From: an uncultured Chthoniobacter sp. | GTDB taxonomy: Bacteria > Verrucomicrobiota > Verrucomicrobiia > Chthoniobacterales > JACTMZ01 | Length of the DNA: 44,410 nt | NCBI GenBank assembly: GCA_964516705.1 | Contig: CAZEYV010000050.1 | Location: forward strand, 1-44,410 | Direction of reading: 5' to 3' | Shown here: piece after piece, positions 18,483 through 28,146 of the stretch | Layout: the number at the start of each line of letters is the position of its first letter | Numbering within the stretch: the first letter of the stretch is position 1 | Program-made: the position numbers and the translations under genes | Notes under the pieces: model-generated | What the model was told of the DNA's origin: nothing | The model's database searches: none | What the model saw: only the letters and a program-made list of their open reading frames with translations

Positions 18483-19865
18483 GTGAACGCGCGGACCATC
18501 GACGAACTGCGCCGGATCGCCGGCATCGACGGCGTGCGGACCGACGATGCTTCCCTCGCCGCGGCGGCGGGGGACAAGTGGTTCGCCCGGAATACGCCGG
18601 AAGCCGTGGTTTTCGCGCGATCGACGGCGTCCGCCGCCGGCGTGATGAAGGTCGCGGCCCGGGAGAAAATTCCCGTGACCACCCGCGGGTCGGGATACGG
18701 TTATGTCGGCGGATGCGTGCCGGTGCGCGGCGGGATCGTGCTTTCGACCGCGCGCATGGACCGCATCAAGGAAGTGAGCGCGGAGGATTTCGTCGCGGTG
18801 GTCGAGCCGGGGGTGATCACCGGGCATTTGCAGGAGGCGGCGCGGAGCAAGGGACTTTTTTATCCGCCCGATCCGGCCAGCCTCAAAGACTGCAGCATCG
18901 GCGGGAACATCGCGACCAATGCGGGCGGTCCGCGTTGCCTGAAATACGGGGTGACGCGCCATTACGTTCTCGGGCTCGAGGTGGTGCTGGCCGACGGCAC
19001 GGTGGCGCGCGTCGGGGGGCGGACTCACAAGAACAAGACCGGTTTCGATCTGGTCGGGCTGTTCACCGGATCCGAAGGGATGCTCGGGATCGTGACCGAA
19101 GCCACGCTGCGTCTGCTGCCGTGGCCTCCGTCGCGCGCGGTGCTTTCGGCCAGTTTTCCCGATATGCGGTCGGCGGCCGCCGCGGTGCAAGCGATCTTCG
19201 CGCGGGGTCATTTGCCGTCCGCGGTCGAAATCGCCGACCGTTTCACGCTCGAGGCGGCGCGTCGGCACGCGGCCGCGGAAACGGCCATTCCGCCGGGGGA
19301 GGCGCATTTGCTCCTCGAGATCGACGGGCAAGAAGTGAGCGTGCAGGCGGAGGTGTCCGCGCTGACCGCCCTGCTCAAGGAGGCGCGCGCGGTTTCGGTC
19401 GAGAGCGCGATGACGGTGGAGGGATGCGACCGCTTGTGGGCCTTGCGCCGGGGATTTTCCGAATCGTTGAAAGCGACCGGACTGAAAAAGCTCAACGAGG
19501 ACATCGTGGTGCCGCGGGGGAAGCTGGTCGAGCTGGTCGAATTCGGCGCGCAACTCGGGCGGGACTATGACGTTCCTGTCGCGTGCTTCGGGCATGCGGG
19601 CGACGGGAATATCCATGTCAATCTGATGGTGGAAAACCCCGATGATCCGGCGACGAAAGAGCGTATGGACCGTGCGCTCGATGCGCTTTTCCGGGGTGTG
19701 CTGTCCATGGGCGGGAGCATCACCGGCGAGCACGGGGTGGGTCTGGCCAAGAAGCATTGGTGGAAGGATGCGGTCGAGGCGGGCGCGGACGGGTTGCACC
19801 GGCGGATCAAGCGCGCGCTGGACCCGGAGGACCTGCTGAACCCCGGGAAGTTCCTCGACAGGTAG
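18483..19865 (+). CDS. FAD-linked oxidase, GlcD / D-lactate dehydrogenase family
   Basis: YPPDPAS, IGGNIATNAGGPRCLKYGVTR, GSEGMLG, FGHAGDGNIH, TGEHGVG, LNPGK. Confidence 0.92.
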   Translation: MNARTIDELRRIAGIDGVRTDDASLAAAAGDKWFARNTPEAVVFARSTASAAGVMKVAAREKIPVTTRGSGYGYVGGCVPVRGGIVLSTARMDRIKEVSAEDFVAVVEPGVITGHLQEAARSKGLFYPPDPASLKDCSIGGNIATNAGGPRCLKYGVTRHYVLGLEVVLADGTVARVGGRTHKNKTGFDLVGLFTGSEGMLGIVTEATLRLLPWPPSRAVLSASFPDMRSAAAAVQAIFARGHLPSAVEIADRFTLEAARRHAAAETAIPPGEAHLLLEIDGQEVSVQAEVSALTALLKEARAVSVESAMTVEGCDRLWALRRGFSESLKATGLKKLNEDIVVPRGKLVELVEFGAQLGRDYDVPVACFGHAGDGNIHVNLMVENPDDPATKERMDRALDALFRGVLSMGGSITGEHGVGLAKKHWWKDAVEAGADGLHRRIKRALDPEDLLNPGKFLDR

Positions 19866-19896
19866 AGGCAGCGGGGAGGCCGCTCCTCTTCCCCGT

Positions 19897-21609
19897 CTAC
19901 ATCCGCTCCGGCACCTCGACCCCGAGGAGATCGAGGCCCTGTTTGAGCACGCGGGCGGTGGCTTGGCAAAGGACGAGGCGGGAATGCCGGGTGATCCCTT
20001 CGGATTTCAGGACCGGGCAGGCTTCGTAAAAGGTGTGGAAGGCATTGGCGGTCTCGAAAAGGTGGTTGGCCAGCAGGTTGGGACGGAATTCGTGGAGCAC
20101 GAGGGGCACGGCTTCGCCGAATTGGAGGAGTTTTTTGGCCAGGGCCAGCTCGGCGGGTTCGGTCAGGACGACCTCCTGCGCCGTGCCGAGTTCCGCGCCG
20201 AGTTTGCGGAAGATGGAACGCACCCGGACGTAGGCGTTCTGCAGATACGGTGCGGTGTTGCCCTGCAGGCTGAGCATTTTCGACCAGGAAAAGACGTAGT
20301 CGGTCATGCGGTGCTGGGAGAGTTCGGCGTATTTGACCGCGCCGAGTCCGACGATGCGCGCGATGTGGTCCTTCTCCTCCGCGGGCAGTTCGGAATTCTT
20401 TTCCTCGATCATGGCGCGGGCACGGGCCACGGCCTCGTCGATCAGGTCGCGCAACGGGACATTGTCGCCCGAACGCGTCTTCATCAGCTTGTGGTCCTCG
20501 CCGAGGATGCTGCCGAAAGCGATGTGCTCCAGCCTGGTCGCCACGCCCATGCGTTGCGCCGCGGCGAAGACCTGCTGGAAATGGAGTTGCTGCGGCGCGC
20601 CGGTCACATACCAGACGGCGTGCGGGTCCCAGCGTTCGACGCGGTATTCGATGGTGGCGAGGTCGGTCGTCGCGTAGAGGAAACCCCCGTCGCTTTTGCG
20701 GATGAGGCAGGGTTTGTCGGCCAGGGCCGGAATGCCGGGGAAGAAAATGCAGGCGGCACCCTCGCTGATCTGCGCGACGCCGTTGCCGAGCAGCTTGTCG
20801 ACCAGCGCGGCCAGCGCCGGATCGTAGAAGCTTTCGCCAAGCCGCTCGTCGAAGCGGACGCCGAGTTTCCCGTAGATGTCCTCGAATTCGGCCCACGAGA
20901 GATCGACGAGATGCTGCCAGATGGCGCGGTTCTCCGCATCGCCCTGCTGGAGTTTGACCAATTCCTCGCGCGCGGCCTTGTGCACGGCGGGGTCGGTCTG
21001 CTCGAGCGCGTTGACTTCGCGGTAAAGCCGGGTCATTTCGGCGATCGGATCGCGCTCCAGCGCGGCGCGATCAAGCAGGTGCTTCCACCCGTAGAGGACT
21101 TTCCCGAATTGCGTGCCCCAGTCACCGAGATGGTTGTCGGTCACCACTTCGTGTCCGAGGAACCGGGCGATACGCGCCAGCGCATCGCCGAGGATGGTGC
21201 TGCGGATGTGTCCGACATGCATCGGCTTGGCGATGTTGGGCGAGCTGAAGTCGATGACGACGCGCTGCGGGCGGTCCGTTTCCGGAACGCCGCAGCGCGC
21301 ATCTCCGGAGAGGTCGCGCAACCGGCGGGAGATCCACTGCGGTTTGAGGCGGAAGTTGAGGAAGCCGGGGCCGGCGATTTCCGGTTTTTCGCAGACGTCG
21401 CCGGTTTCGAAGTAATCGGCGATCTTCGCGGCCAGTTCGCGCGGGTTGGCTTTGGCCTGCTTGGCCAGAACCATGGCCGCGTTGGCCTGGTAGTCGCCGA
21501 AGCGGGTGTCGGCGGCGGCGGTTACTTCACCGCGCTCGGGGGGCAATCCGCACGCGACCATGGCCGCGTGCAGCCGCCCGGTCAGCACGGCCTGCGGCGA
21601 GGCGCTCAT
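19897..21609 (-). CDS. argS: Arginine--tRNA ligase
   Basis: FGDYQANAAM, AGPGFLN, DFSSPNIAKPMHVGHIRSTILGD, GDWGTQFG, KTRSG, GNTAPYLQNAYVR. Confidence 0.98.
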   Translation of the reverse strand: MSASPQAVLTGRLHAAMVACGLPPERGEVTAAADTRFGDYQANAAMVLAKQAKANPRELAAKIADYFETGDVCEKPEIAGPGFLNFRLKPQWISRRLRDLSGDARCGVPETDRPQRVVIDFSSPNIAKPMHVGHIRSTILGDALARIARFLGHEVVTDNHLGDWGTQFGKVLYGWKHLLDRAALERDPIAEMTRLYREVNALEQTDPAVHKAAREELVKLQQGDAENRAIWQHLVDLSWAEFEDIYGKLGVRFDERLGESFYDPALAALVDKLLGNGVAQISEGAACIFFPGIPALADKPCLIRKSDGGFLYATTDLATIEYRVERWDPHAVWYVTGAPQQLHFQQVFAAAQRMGVATRLEHIAFGSILGEDHKLMKTRSGDNVPLRDLIDEAVARARAMIEEKNSELPAEEKDHIARIVGLGAVKYAELSQHRMTDYVFSWSKMLSLQGNTAPYLQNAYVRVRSIFRKLGAELGTAQEVVLTEPAELALAKKLLQFGEAVPLVLHEFRPNLLANHLFETANAFHTFYEACPVLKSEGITRHSRLVLCQATARVLKQGLDLLGVEVPERM

Positions 21610-22077
21610 TCAGCGCGGGCCGCCGCGGCTGGCGAAGACTTGCAGGATGGCTTCCGCATCGGGCGCGGACGCCAGTTGCTCGCGCACCGTGCGGTCGTTG
21701 AGGAACTTGGCAATGGCGGCGAGGGTGCGCAGATGGACCTGGAACTGGTCGCGCGGGACGACGAAGAGGACGATGAAATGGACCAGTTCGTTGTCCAGCG
21801 AGTCGAACTCGATGCCCGCGGTGGAGCGTCCGAAAGCGGCCACCACTTCGCCGACGTGTTCCGAGGAGGCGTGCGGGATGGCGATGCCGAAGCCGATGCC
21901 GGTGCTCATCGTTTCCTCGCGCTGTTTGAGGGCCGCCAGCACGCTCTCGCGGTCTTGCGGTCCAATACGTTGGGTCGCCACGAGCAGGTCCACGATCTCG
22001 GTGATCGCCGGCCAACGCTCCGTCGCTTTCATTTCGGGTATGATCTGCCCGACTGTGAGCAAACTCGACAGGGTCAT
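21610..22077 (-). CDS. PTS EIIA component (fructose/nitrogen-regulatory type)
   Basis: REETMSTGIGFGIAIPHA, GIEFDSLD, HLRTLAAIA. Confidence 0.92.
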   Translation of the reverse strand: MTLSSLLTVGQIIPEMKATERWPAITEIVDLLVATQRIGPQDRESVLAALKQREETMSTGIGFGIAIPHASSEHVGEVVAAFGRSTAGIEFDSLDNELVHFIVLFVVPRDQFQVHLRTLAAIAKFLNDRTVREQLASAPDAEAILQVFASRGGPR

Positions 22078-22208
22078 GCGCCTTAAACCATGCCATCGTT
22101 ATCAACGTGCGCAGGCAAGGCAAGATGATTTGCCCGCGGCGAGGCCGTGCCTGACAGGCCGGGCGGTCGCTGCTAGAGCTTTGGGCGTGAAAGATTTGCC
22201 TTCCGCGC

Positions 22209-23579
22209 ATGCTGCCTGAACTGCGCACCGAAATTCCCGGGCCGCGCTCGCGCGCGTTGGCGGTCCGCCTGCGCCGTGCCGAGTCGCGCAATGTGACCAT
22301 GGTGGGCGATCACTGGCCGGTCTTTTGGGAGCGTGCGGACGGCGTGAATGTCTGGGATGCGGACGGCAACCGGTTCCTCGATTTCACCGCGGGCTTCGGG
22401 GTGGCGGGTTTGGGTCACGCGGCGCAGCCCGTGCGCGAAGCGCTCGTCGGACAATCCTCGCGACTGCTCCACGCCATGGGCGACGTCCACCCCGCGGAGA
22501 GCAAAGTCGAGCTCTGCGAAATGCTCTCCGAAATGACCTTCGGTCGCTGGGGCGCGGGCCGCGGCAAAGTGATCCTCGGAAACTCCGGCTCGGATGCGAT
22601 CGAAGCCGCGTTGAAAACCGCGGTGCTGCACATCGGCAAGCCCGGCGTGCTGGTTTTCGAAGGCGCGTATCACGGGCTGGGTTACGGCGCCCTCGAGGCG
22701 TCGGCCCTGGAATTTTTCCGTCGGCCTTTTGCCGCGCAGCTCGGACGCTTCGCGGTCCGCGTGCCCTATCCGTATTGCTACCGCTGTCCGTTCGGCCACG
22801 GCGGCGGCTTTGCCCTGGAGGGCGGCGAGTTTCCCAATTGCTGTTCCGCCTGCCTTGGCGATCTGCAAAACCGTCTGCACGGCGAAATCCGCCGCCGCGA
22901 AATCGGCGCGGTTCTGGTCGAGCCCGTGCAGGGACGGGGCGGGGAAGTGGTGCCGCCGCGCGATTTCCTGCGCCTGCTCCGGCGGGTCTGCGACGAGGAA
23001 AAAATCCTTCTCGTGGCCGACGAGATCTACACCGGCTTCAACCGCACCGGGCGTCTCTTCGCCTGCGACCACTCGGACGTCGTGCCGGACATCATTTGTC
23101 TGGGCAAGGCGCTGACCTCGGGTTTTCCGCTCTCGGCCTGCGTGGGCCGTGCCGATGTGATGGACGCCTGGCCGGAGTCGGAGGGCGAAGCGCTGCACAC
23201 CAGCACGTTTCTCGGCAACCCGCTCGGCTGCGCCATGGCGCTGGCCGCCTTGCGGGAACACGGCAAGCCGGAGACGGCGGAGCAGGTGCGGACCGCCGGA
23301 CGCCACCTGCGCGGCGCGCTGCGCCAAATCGCGTCCCCGCGCATCGGGGAGGTGCGCGGAACAGGCTTGCTGGTTGGCGTCGAGATGGTCCGGGCCGACG
23401 GCTCACCCGACGCGGAGACAGCGGGCCGGTGCGTGACCGGCGCCTTGCGCGAAGGACTCCTGTTGCTGGCTGGGGGACGCCACGGCAATGTGCTCTCGCT
23501 TTCCCCGCCGTTTGCCATCACTCCGGAAGAGTCGGATTTTCTGGCCGGGAGGCTGGCGGGAATTCTCCAAGAAATCTGA
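22209..23579 (+). CDS. Class III PLP aminotransferase (GabT-like)
   Basis: WDADGNRFLDF, NSGSDAIEAALK, GAYHG, EPVQGRGG, DEIYTGFNRTG, LGKALTSG, STFLGNP. Confidence 0.92.
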   Translation: MLPELRTEIPGPRSRALAVRLRRAESRNVTMVGDHWPVFWERADGVNVWDADGNRFLDFTAGFGVAGLGHAAQPVREALVGQSSRLLHAMGDVHPAESKVELCEMLSEMTFGRWGAGRGKVILGNSGSDAIEAALKTAVLHIGKPGVLVFEGAYHGLGYGALEASALEFFRRPFAAQLGRFAVRVPYPYCYRCPFGHGGGFALEGGEFPNCCSACLGDLQNRLHGEIRRREIGAVLVEPVQGRGGEVVPPRDFLRLLRRVCDEEKILLVADEIYTGFNRTGRLFACDHSDVVPDIICLGKALTSGFPLSACVGRADVMDAWPESEGEALHTSTFLGNPLGCAMALAALREHGKPETAEQVRTAGRHLRGALRQIASPRIGEVRGTGLLVGVEMVRADGSPDAETAGRCVTGALREGLLLLAGGRHGNVLSLSPPFAITPEESDFLAGRLAGILQEI

Positions 23580-23608
23580 CCGAGCAACGCCCCCGCGGCG
23601 TCCGGTCT

Positions 23609-23986
23609 TCAGTTCCGCCAGTCGAGCGCGCCTTTTTTGACCGCGTAGACGTAGCCGATGGTCAGCACGGTGACAAAACCCGCCATGCTCCAGAAGATGA
23701 CGCTCCCGTGCTGCGCCAGAAAGTCGCGGTAAACCACGGCCCACGGATACATGAAGACAACCTCGATATCGAAGAGGATGAAGAGCATGGCCACGAGGTA
23801 AAATTTCACACTGAAGCGCGGCGCGGCGGCCTCGCGCACCGGCATGCCGCACTCGTAGGCCATGTCTTTGTCCGGCGTGCGCTTGCCGGCCCTCCCGAGC
23901 AGGAGGCTGGCGGCGAAGATGGAAACAGCCAAGCCCACCGCGACCACGATGTGCAGGGCCAGCGGCAGGTATTGCCCGGTGAGCAT
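23609..23986 (-). CDS. nuoA: NADH-quinone oxidoreductase subunit A
   Basis: YECG, RFSVKFYLVAMLFILFDIEVVFMYPWAV, KKGALDW. Confidence 0.96.
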   Translation of the reverse strand: MLTGQYLPLALHIVVAVGLAVSIFAASLLLGRAGKRTPDKDMAYECGMPVREAAAPRFSVKFYLVAMLFILFDIEVVFMYPWAVVYRDFLAQHGSVIFWSMAGFVTVLTIGYVYAVKKGALDWRN

Positions 23987-24006
23987 GAAAGGCGGAGCGC
24001 GGAGGA

Positions 24007-24306
24007 TCAGCGGGCCGGCACGTCGGCGGGCTCCAGAGCGTTGGCCAGAGAAGCCAGGCCGCGGTATTTCTTGCCCGTCTTCTTGACCATGCCGCGGGAA
24101 ACGAGATTCTGCAGCTTTTCGTAGGCCCTCAGACGGAGCATTTCCTCGCCCCCGCTGGCCGCGTTGCGCTTGCGCAATTTCTCGTGGACCAAATCGAAGA
24201 GCTGTTTGAATTCAAAGGAGCTTTTCTTGGAAAGCACACTGACCAATTCCTCGGTCACCAAGTCCGGCAACCGGCGCGAAAAGGCACTTTTTCTCTGGAT
24301 CGACAT
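24007..24306 (-). CDS. Small basic hypothetical protein (possibly winged-helix)
   Basis: 99 aa, SGGEEMLRLRAYEKLQNLVSRGMVKKTGKKY; extended -10-like TGnTATGGT 9 nt before the ATG. Confidence 0.75.
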   Translation of the reverse strand: MSIQRKSAFSRRLPDLVTEELVSVLSKKSSFEFKQLFDLVHEKLRKRNAASGGEEMLRLRAYEKLQNLVSRGMVKKTGKKYRGLASLANALEPADVPAR

Positions 24307-24375
24307 AAGTGCTGAACCATAGCACAGGGTCGCCAAGCTGGCCAGTGAAAAATCCCCGGACGCAGTCAGTTACGA

Positions 24376-24939
24376 TTATACGTTCTCTTTTTTGTGGCTG
24401 TCCCCGGACTTCAATTCCTCGACCAAGGCCTTGATGGCCAGGGCGATATGCTCTGTTCCGCTCCTCGCTGGTTGGCTGGGTGACCGGTGCCCGCCGCCGA
24501 GCAATCGCACAATAGCCGGCGGGCGGCCCGGAATATCGTAAACATGCCAGTAGCGGAGGCGTCCGGTTTTATGCATGGCCTTGGCCACGGCGAGGAACTT
24601 TTGCTCGACCATGCTTTTGTGCTCTTCGCGGCACATCCCGACGACCAGATCCGATCCGGTCAGGTCCTCAATGTCGGCCACCAGCGGATCGCGGGGCTCT
24701 TCCGCCAGGAGTCTGTCCAAACCGGCCACCTTGAGGTAGCTCGCGGCGTGCTCCGACATGCCTTTCAGTTCGCCGGCCGCCAGCATTCCGCGCGAGTCCG
24801 CAACCCAAGGGATCCCGGCCGCGGCGGCCTCGTGGTTGAACAAAATTTCGGCCAACCGGCTGCGATAGTAATTACCGCTGCAGAGGAAAAGGACGCGCTT
24901 GTGCTGCGCCGCCGGCGTCGTGTCGGACTGCTTTTTCAT
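24376..24939 (-). CDS. Low-molecular-weight protein-tyrosine phosphatase family protein
   Basis: VLFLCSGNYYRSRLAEILF P-loop (CX5R), DSRG, SDLVVGMCREEH. Confidence 0.85.
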   Translation of the reverse strand: MKKQSDTTPAAQHKRVLFLCSGNYYRSRLAEILFNHEAAAAGIPWVADSRGMLAAGELKGMSEHAASYLKVAGLDRLLAEEPRDPLVADIEDLTGSDLVVGMCREEHKSMVEQKFLAVAKAMHKTGRLRYWHVYDIPGRPPAIVRLLGGGHRSPSQPARSGTEHIALAIKALVEELKSGDSHKKENV

Positions 24940-25388
24940 CCCGCGCGAAGTTGCCTGCAAGCTTCGTAAAGCACAATCCCAACCGAAGTGGCCAAGTTCA
25001 GACTGCGCGCCCCCGCCGCCATCGGAATGGTCGAGAGATGCGCGCTCTCCGCGGCCAGCAGGCTCTCCGGCAATCCGCGCGTCTCGCGCCCGAAGACCAG
25101 GTAGTCACCATCGGCGAACCCCGCGTCCCAGTAGGGACGGGTCGCTTTGGTGGTCAGGAAATGGAAACGCGCAGCCCCGGCTTCGCGCCGCAAATCCTCG
25201 AGAGACTCCCACCGTCGCACGTCGCACTGCTCCCAGTAATCCATCCCGGCGCGCCGCAAAGCGGCGGCGTCGATGACGAAACCGAGGGGTCCGACCAGAT
25301 GCAGGCGCGCTCCCGCCGCGAGACAGGTCCGCGCGATGTTGCCCGTGTTTTGCGGGATCTCGGGCTCGACAAGGACGACGTGCAGCAT
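24936..25388 (-). CDS. trmL: tRNA (cytidine/uridine34-2'-O)-methyltransferase
   Basis: EPEIPQNTGNIARTC, LRRAGMDYW, FGRETRGLP, RSLNLATSV. Confidence 0.95.
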   Translation of the reverse strand: MLHVVLVEPEIPQNTGNIARTCLAAGARLHLVGPLGFVIDAAALRRAGMDYWEQCDVRRWESLEDLRREAGAARFHFLTTKATRPYWDAGFADGDYLVFGRETRGLPESLLAAESAHLSTIPMAAGARSLNLATSVGIVLYEACRQLRAG

Positions 25389-25394
25389 GCGCGG

Positions 25395-26825
25395 TCAGAG
25401 CCCGCGTTCGTTGATGACCAGCGACTTGAGTTCCGTCATGTCTTCCATGGCGTAGCGGACGCCCTCGCGTCCGAACCCGCTGTCCTTGACCCCGCCGTAG
25501 GGCATGTTTTCCGTGCGGAACGTCGGGACCTGGTTGATCAGGACGCCGCCGACGTCAAGAATGTCATAAGCACGGTAGGCCTTGCCCAGATCGCCGGTGA
25601 AGACGCCGGCCTGCAGTCCGAACTTCGAATCGTTGACCGCGGCCAATCCGTCCTCGTAGGTGCGGTAGCTCTCCAACACGACGACAGGCGCGAAGGCCTC
25701 CTCGCAAGCGACGGCCGCGTCGCGCGGGACATTTTCCAGCACGACCGGATGCAGGACTTGTCCGTCGACCTTGAGCGGCGTGAGCAACTTCGCCCCGCGC
25801 TTTTCCGCGTCCTTGATCCAGCCGGCCACATTGTCCAGCGCCGCCTTGGTGATCATCGGTCCGACCAGCGTCTTTGCGTCGCGCGGGTCGCCGGCCACCG
25901 CTTTCTCGCGGACCGCCGCGAGGAACGCGTCTTTGAATTCTTCGTAGATCTCCGCCTGCGCGAAAATCCTCTGCACGCTGATGCACGACTGACCGGCGTA
26001 GGCGAACGCGCCCACCGCCATCTTGGCGGCGTGCCTCCGCCAATCGGAGTCCGGTTCGACCACGCAGGCCGCGTTGCCACCCAGTTCGAGGGTGATCTTT
26101 TGTTTGACCGCCTTTGCTTTGAGCTGCCACCCGACGTCCACGCCGCCGGTGAAAGAGAGCATCTTGACCCGGGGGTCGCGCAGCAGGGTGTCGACGTGCT
26201 GGTGCGAGAAAGGCAGGAACGCGACCTGGCCGGACGGCGCGCCGCACTCCGCGAGGATCTCGCCGAGCAGCAGGGCGCAGAGCGGCGTTTTCATGGCCGG
26301 CTTGAGGATCATGGTGTTGCCGGTGGCCAGACAGGGCGCCACTTTGTGGGCGACCAGATTGAGCGGGAAATTAAAGGGCGTGATGCCGAGGATGATGCCG
26401 AGGGGGAAGCGCCGTGCGAGGCCGGCATGGCCGGCACCGGCCGGCGTCGCGCCCATCTCGATGGGATGGCCGTTCGGTTCGAGCGCGCCGGCTGCGGCCA
26501 GTTCGAACGTCGATTGCGCGCGCTGCACTTCGATCTTGGCCAGCGTGACCGGTTTGCCGGCTTCGTTCACGAGCAACTCGACGAATTCGTCGGACCGCTT
26601 TGCGATGGTGGCGGCGATTTTGTTCAGCAGGTGCGCGCGGTCGATCGGCGCCTGATGCCGCGTTTCTTCGAAGGTCGCCGCCGCCAAATCCAGTGCCCGG
26701 GCGATTTCCTCCGTGCCGGCCACGCAGACTTCCGCCACCAAGTCCCCGTTGTAGGGATTGCGCACCCCGGCCGTCTCGTCCGTGGTCACGGCGCGGCCTC
26801 CGAGGAGGAACGGCTCGGGCTTCAT
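25395..26825 (-). CDS. Aldehyde dehydrogenase
   Basis: ITPFNFPLNL, SFTGG, LELGGNA, AGQSCIS, PYGGVKDSGFGREG. Confidence 0.95.
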   Translation of the reverse strand: MKPEPFLLGGRAVTTDETAGVRNPYNGDLVAEVCVAGTEEIARALDLAAATFEETRHQAPIDRAHLLNKIAATIAKRSDEFVELLVNEAGKPVTLAKIEVQRAQSTFELAAAGALEPNGHPIEMGATPAGAGHAGLARRFPLGIILGITPFNFPLNLVAHKVAPCLATGNTMILKPAMKTPLCALLLGEILAECGAPSGQVAFLPFSHQHVDTLLRDPRVKMLSFTGGVDVGWQLKAKAVKQKITLELGGNAACVVEPDSDWRRHAAKMAVGAFAYAGQSCISVQRIFAQAEIYEEFKDAFLAAVREKAVAGDPRDAKTLVGPMITKAALDNVAGWIKDAEKRGAKLLTPLKVDGQVLHPVVLENVPRDAAVACEEAFAPVVVLESYRTYEDGLAAVNDSKFGLQAGVFTGDLGKAYRAYDILDVGGVLINQVPTFRTENMPYGGVKDSGFGREGVRYAMEDMTELKSLVINERGL

Positions 26826-28048
26826 ACGCGTTCGGTCTCGCGCTTCTCGACGAAGATGGGCAGACCCTCGTGGCTGAAATGCGTCATCAATTCATTCGGG
26901 TCGAGCGCCTCGGGCATCATGACGCCGCGTTCCTTGATCTTGCCCTCGACGAGCAGCCGCGCGGTCAAGGCCGGCGGGATGCCCGTCTGCACGAGGGTGA
27001 GCGAATACCCGTGCTTCTCGTAGCAGTCGCGGTGGCTGTCCATCGTGTAGATGAAATATTCCACCCGGCGGCGTCCGAGCGTGCCGCGCACCTCGGTGCC
27101 GACGCACGAATAGCCGTCGACTGTCGGACCCAGTTGCGCGGGCTTGGGCAGCGCGTGCGTGGCCACGCGCACCGGCGACACCTCGGCCCCGTCGACTTTC
27201 ACTTTTTTCCAGGTGTCGAGATCGAGCAGGGCAAGCGATTTGCTCAGGTGCTTCACCTTGTCGCTCACGCTGTATTTGAAGACCGAGTAGCGGACACCTT
27301 TCTGCACGAAGGGCGGGTAGATCCCGAGGCTCACGCCTTCTTCGTGGGCCACGGCGTAAGTCGGTTGCAGCCCGATCGGTTCGGGGAAACGGATCCACTC
27401 GAACTCCGCCTCGAGCGGTTTGCCCGAGGTGACCTTGCCGTTTTTGACGAAATACGGCGTGGCCCCCAGCTCCTCGAAGAACGTCTCCGGGGAAAAGAGC
27501 ACGGCGAAGCGGTAGCCTTTCACCTCGGCATTGTCCGCATCGAGCACGCGGATGCTCGTCGCCGTGTCGAGGCGGTCCATGGCCCATCGGGCGAAGACAT
27601 TCACCGCACCCGGATCCATGCCCATGCAGAGAATGCCGGCCAGATTCTTTTCGCGGAAGGTCTCGTCGAACGCCTCGATCTCGGTGTCGAAGGAATTCTT
27701 CGAGGTCCGTCGCGCCCCCGGCGGCGCGTAAATGTCCGCCGCCATGTCGAGGTAATGCGAACCCGCCTCGGCGCATGCGGTGAGGACCGAGTGGTTGGTC
27801 GCGCAGATGGCCGCGTTGCAGGTCACCTTGACCTTGTGCTCTTTCATCAGCGCGGTGGTCGCTTTGACATCCATCGCGTCGGCTTTGACCACGACAAAGC
27901 GGTTGTTGGGGATGCGTTTGGCCAGCTGCTCGGCGAAAACCGTGTCGCGGTCGGCGCAGATGATTCGGTCGATGCAGTCGTATTCGTGCAGTTTCTGGGC
28001 GATCACCGACCCCACGCCGCCCATTCCGATCACCATTGCATTGGCCAT
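26822..28048 (-). CDS. Saccharopine dehydrogenase / carboxynorspermidine dehydrogenase family protein
   Basis: VIGMGGVGS Rossmann motif, HYLDMA, GMDPGAVN, VAHEE, QTGIP; start trimmed to ATG 28048. Confidence 0.85.
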   Translation of the reverse strand: MANAMVIGMGGVGSVIAQKLHEYDCIDRIICADRDTVFAEQLAKRIPNNRFVVVKADAMDVKATTALMKEHKVKVTCNAAICATNHSVLTACAEAGSHYLDMAADIYAPPGARRTSKNSFDTEIEAFDETFREKNLAGILCMGMDPGAVNVFARWAMDRLDTATSIRVLDADNAEVKGYRFAVLFSPETFFEELGATPYFVKNGKVTSGKPLEAEFEWIRFPEPIGLQPTYAVAHEEGVSLGIYPPFVQKGVRYSVFKYSVSDKVKHLSKSLALLDLDTWKKVKVDGAEVSPVRVATHALPKPAQLGPTVDGYSCVGTEVRGTLGRRRVEYFIYTMDSHRDCYEKHGYSLTLVQTGIPPALTARLLVEGKIKERGVMMPEALDPNELMTHFSHEGLPIFVEKRETERV

Positions 28049-28146
28049 AAAATTGTTCGCCGCGGTGCTGCCTTGAAGGTGCCGCCGGCTGGCTTGAATG
28101 TAGTCCGCTCCGTCGCGGCGGCAAGCCCAATCGCCCCGCAAGGCCC

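Noticed and set aside
19963-27023. Long plus-strand ORFs 19963-22086 (707 aa) and 24951-27023 (690 aa)
   Set aside because: Antisense shadows of argS/PTS and trmL/ALDH.
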